A stretch of DNA of 64,000 nt, taken from contig CAWAIK010000003.1 of assembly GCA_963782115.1 (NCBI GenBank), forward strand, positions 160,001 to 224,000, in the 5' to 3' direction. The stretch comes from an uncultured Verrucomicrobiae bacterium. Its GTDB lineage: Bacteria; Verrucomicrobiota; Verrucomicrobiia; Chthoniobacterales; JAFAMB01. A program made the translations under genes and the position numbers. Below are positions 59,037 through 64,000 of this stretch, piece after piece; within the stretch, counting starts at the first letter, position 1, and each line of letters begins with the position of its first letter. The notes beneath the pieces were generated by a model, which was given only the letters and a program-made list of their open reading frames with translations, did no database searches and was not told the DNA's origin.

Positions 59037-60365
59037 GTGAAAAGCATTCACGTTTTGATTTCCGTTACGGTTTTGTTGACATTGGCGGCGTTCGCAGGGT
59101 GGTTCGGTCTCCATTCCTTTATTCAAGGCGATTCCTTCCGCGAATGGCTCGGCAAGAAGGTCAGCCACTCGCTCCACGTAGAAGGTCGCTTTGAACCCCT
59201 CACTTGGGAAGGTTCATCCTTCCGATCTGCGGGCTTTTCAGCTATAGGAACTCCGAAGAGCAAACTGCGATCACTCCGGGTGACCAATATTTCTGCGCAC
59301 TTCGACTGGTGGCAACTGCTGAAAGGTCAATGGGTGGTTGATCGTCTCAGCGCGGAGAAACTCGAAGCGATTGTCGGGAAAAAGCCTGCGGAAACACCCC
59401 CTCTCGCCGTCGTTCCAACAGAGCAGCCGAGCGCCTCCAGTCTTCCAAATTTGCTGCCGTCAGAGTTCAGAATCGAACAGCTCTACGTGGCCTCCGTAAA
59501 TCTCCACTGGGAAACAAACCACGGTGACACCGGCCAATTTGTCGGAGCCAGGGTCACTGCGACGCGCAAGGGATCCGATCAGTGGGATATCGCGGCCATC
59601 GGAGGAAATGCCTGGCACGCAACGTACCCGCCGCTGCAAATCGACCACCTCCGTGCCGGTGTCACCCAGGATTCCATCGTGATCCGTGACGCCAAGGCCC
59701 TGACCCCGGGGGGTGGCGAAATCCAGTTGACCGGAAAAATCTCCAAAGGAGAACAATTGAACGCTCAGTTCACCGTCGATTTTTCTGAGCTGGACGCCAA
59801 CCAGGTTTTACCCGCCGAGTGGCATCTCGGAGGCAAAGCTTCAGGAAACCTCGTTTACACCGGAGATCTGGATCGATTTGAACAGGGTGAAGTCACCGGG
59901 TCGGTTAAACTTACCGGCGCTACATTTGATATGACGAACGTTTTCGTGACGCTTCATCAGCTCGCAAAGTTCGGTGGTCTGAATGACGTGCGGATCGATT
60001 CGATTGAGACACATCTCAGATATCATGCACATGACTTGGAGCTTTCGGATATTCGCGCGAGCTACCAGGATCAGATCCGCGTGGAAGGAGCAGGATCCAT
60101 CACTCCGAATCGTCTCGATGGCAACCTGGTCGTTGGACTTTCACCCAGGATTCTCGGATGGATTCCAGGCGCTGAGGAAAAGGTTTTTACGGAGGAGAGA
60201 GATGGTTTGCACTGGACGAAGGTGAGCATCAGCGGGACCCCGGATCAGCCAAAAGAAGATTTAACAAAGCGATTGATAAGCGCTTTTCGAGACAAAATGA
60301 CCAAGGAATTCAAAGGGCAAGCCAAGGACGCTGTCAAGTCGTTGCTCGACATGTTTCACCAATAA
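59037..60365 (+). CDS. AsmA-like hypothetical protein
   Basis: N-terminal TM, beta-rich body, C-terminal ISGTPDQPKEDL. Confidence 0.65.
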   Translation: MKSIHVLISVTVLLTLAAFAGWFGLHSFIQGDSFREWLGKKVSHSLHVEGRFEPLTWEGSSFRSAGFSAIGTPKSKLRSLRVTNISAHFDWWQLLKGQWVVDRLSAEKLEAIVGKKPAETPPLAVVPTEQPSASSLPNLLPSEFRIEQLYVASVNLHWETNHGDTGQFVGARVTATRKGSDQWDIAAIGGNAWHATYPPLQIDHLRAGVTQDSIVIRDAKALTPGGGEIQLTGKISKGEQLNAQFTVDFSELDANQVLPAEWHLGGKASGNLVYTGDLDRFEQGEVTGSVKLTGATFDMTNVFVTLHQLAKFGGLNDVRIDSIETHLRYHAHDLELSDIRASYQDQIRVEGAGSITPNRLDGNLVVGLSPRILGWIPGAEEKVFTEERDGLHWTKVSISGTPDQPKEDLTKRLISAFRDKMTKEFKGQAKDAVKSLLDMFHQ

Positions 60366-60367
60366 AT

Positions 60368-60826
60368 ATGACATCCCCTCGTTATCGCTCGAATGTCGGG
60401 GCCATTATCAAGAGCATTGCTGGAAAGATCCTGATCGGAGAACGGTCCAATGTGATGGGCGCATGGCAATTCCCGCAGGGAGGGGTCAAAAAATCTGAGA
60501 CTTCCCGGGAAGCGCTTTCTCGCGAATTGCTGGAAGAACTATCTTTGGCCCCGGCCAATTACCGTGTTCTCGAATCCAAGGGACCGTACCGCTACGTTTT
60601 CCCACCAGGCCGAACCAAAGAAGGTTTCGACGGACAAGAACAGACTTATTTTCTCATCGAATTCACCGGGGCGGATTCAAATATCAACATCGCTACGGAA
60701 CAGCCTGAATTCGTGCGGCTTCGCTGGATTGAGCCAAGCGAATTTCAGATCGACTGGGTGCCGGGGTTTAAACAGGACGTTTACCGCCAGGTTTTCTTTG
60801 ATTTCTTCCGGGTTGCCTTGCCGTAA
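60368..60826 (+). CDS. rppH: NUDIX hydrolase, RNA pyrophosphohydrolase-like
   Basis: YRSNVG, WQFPQGG...E...RELLEE, GQEQ.YF, EF...RW, FK..VY. Confidence 0.82.
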   Translation: MTSPRYRSNVGAIIKSIAGKILIGERSNVMGAWQFPQGGVKKSETSREALSRELLEELSLAPANYRVLESKGPYRYVFPPGRTKEGFDGQEQTYFLIEFTGADSNINIATEQPEFVRLRWIEPSEFQIDWVPGFKQDVYRQVFFDFFRVALP

Positions 60827-60908
60827 CCCGGAGAAAATCCCGATTTTATTCTGACCGGCGTACTTTCCTTTTGACTCTCACCGGGTATTCCGTCATCACC
60901 AGAGGGGT

Positions 60909-61004
60909 ATGTTGACTTTGGGAATGTTTTTGTTTCTTGGTTCCGCGTTGCTAGGATGTGTTTGGTGGGCGTGCAAAAAGGACGATGCGAATCGCTCACG
61001 ATAA
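60909..61004 (+). CDS. 31-aa single-TM peptide
   Basis: AGAGGGG immediately upstream; MLTLGMFLFLGSALLGCVWWACKKDDANRSR*. Confidence 0.45.
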   Translation: MLTLGMFLFLGSALLGCVWWACKKDDANRSR

Positions 61005-61018
61005 TGTTTTCTCTTAAA

Positions 61019-61147
61019 CTAGGTCGGTAGTCCTGAATATAGGCGAACCGTAAGGGCGACGATGACCTGAGCAGCTTGTCTAGTAAACGGTGCTCTTTCT
61101 CTAAGGAGGAAGCCAGTCGGATCTCTCAAGTTCCCAGGGAACCCTAG
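61019..61147. ncRNA. Candidate rod-shaped structured RNA (6S-like?)
   Basis: The ends pair stepwise by eye (CTAGG/CCTAG, CCTG/CAGG, GAAC/GTTC); no ORF. Confidence 0.3.
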
Positions 61148-61275
61148 TGTTTCCAAGTCTTGTTTTTTATCCGATTACATTGCTCTTCCTCACATTCTGG
61201 GTTTTCTTGACGCGACCTGTCTCCTGTCTCCCTTGCCGTTCCATAAATTGATCTTGAAATAGAAAATGTATCATT

Positions 61276-61295
61276 TAGTGTTCATTAGAACACTA
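61276..61295. promoter_or_regulatory. LexA (SOS) box, Verrucomicrobia type
   Basis: TAGTGTTC-ATTA-GAACACTA containing TGTTC-N4-GAACA, abutting the imuA ATG. Confidence 0.9.
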
Positions 61296-61933
61296 TGCCT
61301 GTTTCGCCGAAAGTCATCGAATTACGCAAGATCTTAGCCGACCGGTACCCGCGGCAAACGGGTATTCATTCCTTGTGTCTCCCCACGGGCTGGTCTGCGC
61401 TCGATTCTCTTTTAGGGGGTGGTTTACCAAAAGGCGCTATTACTCAATTGCTGATTCCAAACATCAGCTCGGGAGGAGCAATTGTATTACATCAAATCAT
61501 TGAGGCGATGCAGGATGTCTCGCAGTATGTCGCCTTGATCGATGGCAAGGATTGTTTTGAACCCGCCGCGGATCATCCACTTTTGCTCTGGATTCGTTGC
61601 CACAACGTCCTTCAGGCTTTGAAAGCGACGGATTTGATTCTGCGGGATGGCAACCTGTCGTTAGTCATTTTGGATTTCAAGGAGAACCAGGACCAGGAAC
61701 TCAGGAAAATCCCCGCGTCAGCCTGGTACCGCTTTCAGCGGATTACCGAAGAAAACAGAAATACCCTGCTTGCTATTACACGTCATCCAATTGTGAGCAA
61801 TGCACAAATTACTATCTCCACGAGGCATCGGCTCTCTATGGATGATTTATCAACTCAAAGGACAGATTTGATCAAATTCATTCCTCTAGAAATCATCCGT
61901 TTACGAACTTCACAGGAATATCAATATGCATAA
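61295..61933 (+). CDS. imuA: ImuA-like RecA-family protein
   Basis: PTGWSALDSLLGGGLPKGAITQL, degenerate Walker A, ALIDGKD.F, LKATDLILRDGN; first gene of the cassette. Confidence 0.82.
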   Translation: MPVSPKVIELRKILADRYPRQTGIHSLCLPTGWSALDSLLGGGLPKGAITQLLIPNISSGGAIVLHQIIEAMQDVSQYVALIDGKDCFEPAADHPLLLWIRCHNVLQALKATDLILRDGNLSLVILDFKENQDQELRKIPASAWYRFQRITEENRNTLLAITRHPIVSNAQITISTRHRLSMDDLSTQRTDLIKFIPLEIIRLRTSQEYQYA

Positions 61934-63572
61934 AAGTATAACAAACTGTTTTGCAGTAATTTATATTCCTTTTTACGCTTTACAATGCGCTCGGCAGAAA
62001 CGGGCTTTAGAGAAATACGCCCTGGAGAACAAGCCGTTTGATCAACTCGCATTTGGCATTATGCAAGCGGACACTCCCAGCATCGGAGAAAAAGGCGCAT
62101 TGGATGATGCGTCATCTGATCCGCCTGCTGCTCTATTGGACCAGGAAGGGATGCATGTGATCGAGTTAAACTACGCTGCCGAATACGCTGGGATTCAACC
62201 TGGGATGTCTACAACTCTGGCGCTTGCCCGGACATCTGAACTCGTTTTATACAAGCGGAGCCCATCGAATGAACAGCATCTTCAGAATGCACTGCTCCAA
62301 CTTGTGTACCGTTATTCTCCCTTTATTGAAAATAGTGCTTCAGGAATTTGCACACTCGATTTAAAAGGAAAAAGAATCCGCAAACACCAACCATGGCTGC
62401 GGGAATTGCTGACACAGCTTCGATCTATCGGCCTCAAAGCCCAAGCCGGCATCGGCTTTAACCCGGAGATCGCTCTTCAAGCTGCCAAGATTGCTGATCC
62501 CATTCTGGAGATTTTAGAAGATTGCAACCTGCTTCAATCATTGGCATTGGAGTCCCTGGCTCCCTCCCCTTTTCTAACGGATATTTTGAAAAGCTGGGGG
62601 GTTCGCACCCTTGGCGCATTAACTCGGTTACCACGAGAAGAAATTGGGCAACGTCTTGGCCTTGAAGCTCTTTCACTCTGGGATCGTGCAGCCGGGCGAT
62701 CCAGCAAAATGCTGCGACTTGTTCAACCGCCGGAGACCTTTGAAGAATCGATCGATTTTGAACAACGTTTGGAAACCCTTGAGCCTCTTCTATTTATTCT
62801 AAGACGTTTTCTGGAGAGATTAACGCTACGCATCGAATCCATTTATCTTTTGATCGCTGAGCTGCGTCTGAAGCTCATCTTGGAAGATGGAGAAATGATT
62901 GTTCGCATTCTGCAGATTCCAGCTCCGACCCGCGATGTGGATACGTTATTTGGTATTGCCGCCCAGTATCTGGAAACTCTGCAGACCACAGCGCCAGTGA
63001 CCAGTTTTCATCTGGAAGTTATACCGAGCAGGCCGGCCGGACACCAGTTTGATCTTTTTCAAGGTGGACTGAAAGATCCCAATCGTTTCTTTCAGACATT
63101 AGCGCGGCTGGCCGCTTTGGTTGGTAATGAAAAAGTCGGCATCCCCCAAAGAATCGATACACACCGGCCAGATAGTCTGCACATGCTGACGCCGGAGTTA
63201 GGATGGTCCCGTAAAAACGTCAAAAAAAGCGGACGCCCAAGAACCGGGCCTGGTCTACGCCGTTATCGACCTGGGATTGCCGCCCGCGTGGAGTTGAATG
63301 ATGGCAAACCCCTTTTAATGCAAAGCAGCCTGATTTCAGGCAGGATCTTGGAAGCACGCGGCCCTTGGAATCTATCCGGCAACTGGTGGGATCGAACTCG
63401 CTGGGAAACCAAGGAGTGGGACATCACACTCGACAATGGGGGCCTCTATCGCATTGCCCAGAAAACAACGAATTTGAGCGAAGACCAGCCAAGGGCCACG
63501 AGCGTCAACGATGATCGCTCTCGCTCACTCGCATTCCAGGATCATTGGGAAGTGGTGGGGGTCTATGACTGA
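61926..63572 (+). CDS. imuB: ImuB, Y-family DNA polymerase-like accessory protein
   Basis: GIQPGM...ALAR, YSPFIE, WGVRTLG, C-terminal GPW.LSGNWW...EWD...LYRI...GVYD. Confidence 0.88.
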   Translation: MHKSITNCFAVIYIPFYALQCARQKRALEKYALENKPFDQLAFGIMQADTPSIGEKGALDDASSDPPAALLDQEGMHVIELNYAAEYAGIQPGMSTTLALARTSELVLYKRSPSNEQHLQNALLQLVYRYSPFIENSASGICTLDLKGKRIRKHQPWLRELLTQLRSIGLKAQAGIGFNPEIALQAAKIADPILEILEDCNLLQSLALESLAPSPFLTDILKSWGVRTLGALTRLPREEIGQRLGLEALSLWDRAAGRSSKMLRLVQPPETFEESIDFEQRLETLEPLLFILRRFLERLTLRIESIYLLIAELRLKLILEDGEMIVRILQIPAPTRDVDTLFGIAAQYLETLQTTAPVTSFHLEVIPSRPAGHQFDLFQGGLKDPNRFFQTLARLAALVGNEKVGIPQRIDTHRPDSLHMLTPELGWSRKNVKKSGRPRTGPGLRRYRPGIAARVELNDGKPLLMQSSLISGRILEARGPWNLSGNWWDRTRWETKEWDITLDNGGLYRIAQKTTNLSEDQPRATSVNDDRSRSLAFQDHWEVVGVYD

Positions 63573-64000
63573 GAAGAAGTTGTCAGTGTCAGTGTATATC
63601 GAGCTTCACGCTCGCAGCGCCTTCAGTTTTTTACGAGGAAGCTCTTCACCGGAGCATCTGGCCTTTACGGCGGCGGACCTGGATTTACCGGCATTGGCAC
63701 TCTGCGATCGTGACGGGGTATTTGGTGCACCGAGATTTTACGTGGCGGCACGAGAATGTGGAATACGACCGATCGTCGGCAGCGAATTAACGATGGAAGA
63801 CAGCTCGGTCTTGCCGGTGCTCGTACAATCGAGAAATGGGTACCAGAATTTATGCCGTTTACTTTCACGTGTCAGACTTCGTTCACCCAAGAATGAAAGT
63901 TCGATTCGCTGGTCTGAGGTGTCGGAGTTTCAGGAGGGATTGATTTGTCTGACGGGGGATGAAGAGGGTCCTCTTCATCAGGCTTTAATGACCGGAGATT
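63565..64000 (+). CDS. dnaE2: Error-prone DNA polymerase DnaE2, 5' part (runs off window end)
   Basis: YIELHARSAFSFLRGSS...ALALCDRDGVFGAPRF...PIVGSEL...GYQNLCRLLS PHP domain; start overlaps the imuB stop. Confidence 0.93.
   Translation, partial: MTEKKLSVSVYIELHARSAFSFLRGSSSPEHLAFTAADLDLPALALCDRDGVFGAPRFYVAARECGIRPIVGSELTMEDSSVLPVLVQSRNGYQNLCRLLSRVRLRSPKNESSIRWSEVSEFQEGLICLTGDEEGPLHQALMTGD

Noticed and set aside
61040..61070. GGCGAACCGTAAGG as a c-di-GMP-I riboswitch
   Set aside because: Lacks the GCAAA/second-hairpin receptor architecture

Overview
Bacterial chromosome window, most likely a soil Verrucomicrobium (a perfect TGTTC-N4-GAACA LexA box precedes imuA-imuB-dnaE2). Left to right: (1) a Wsp-type chemosensory operon (wspB'-C-D-E-F) whose output gene has a WspR-like receiver fused to a hybrid histidine kinase (HisKA-HATPase-REC-HPt) instead of a GGDEF domain; (2) a TetR/HlyD/ABC exporter operon; (3) a 500-bp IS4-like non-autonomous element with nested inverted repeats; (4) photolyase, SRPBCC protein and a Uup-like ABC-F ATPase; (5) a pseudogene-rich, island-like stretch (about 18.4-33.2 kb) with atoE, remnants of galactose oxidase, heme peroxidase and hydrolase genes, and an intact two-component system plus CzcCBA-like efflux pump, ending at tRNA-Thr(CGT) and a T-armless tRNA relic; (6) kbl with truncated tdh, ruvC, lipB, a TPR-AAA ATPase/TPR membrane protein pair and a glycogen debranching enzyme; (7) hisI-trpE-trpG followed by an NDH-2 fused to cNMP-binding and CBS domains; (8) a 9-gene operon combining caa3 oxidase, Rieske/cytochrome b, a diheme cytochrome c and a CtaG-polyferredoxin fusion; (9) AsmA-like protein, RppH, a small membrane peptide, a candidate structured RNA, and the SOS mutagenesis cassette. 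No CRISPR array, rRNA or intact transposase/integrase was seen. All calls come from reading motifs by eye; no database searches were run.
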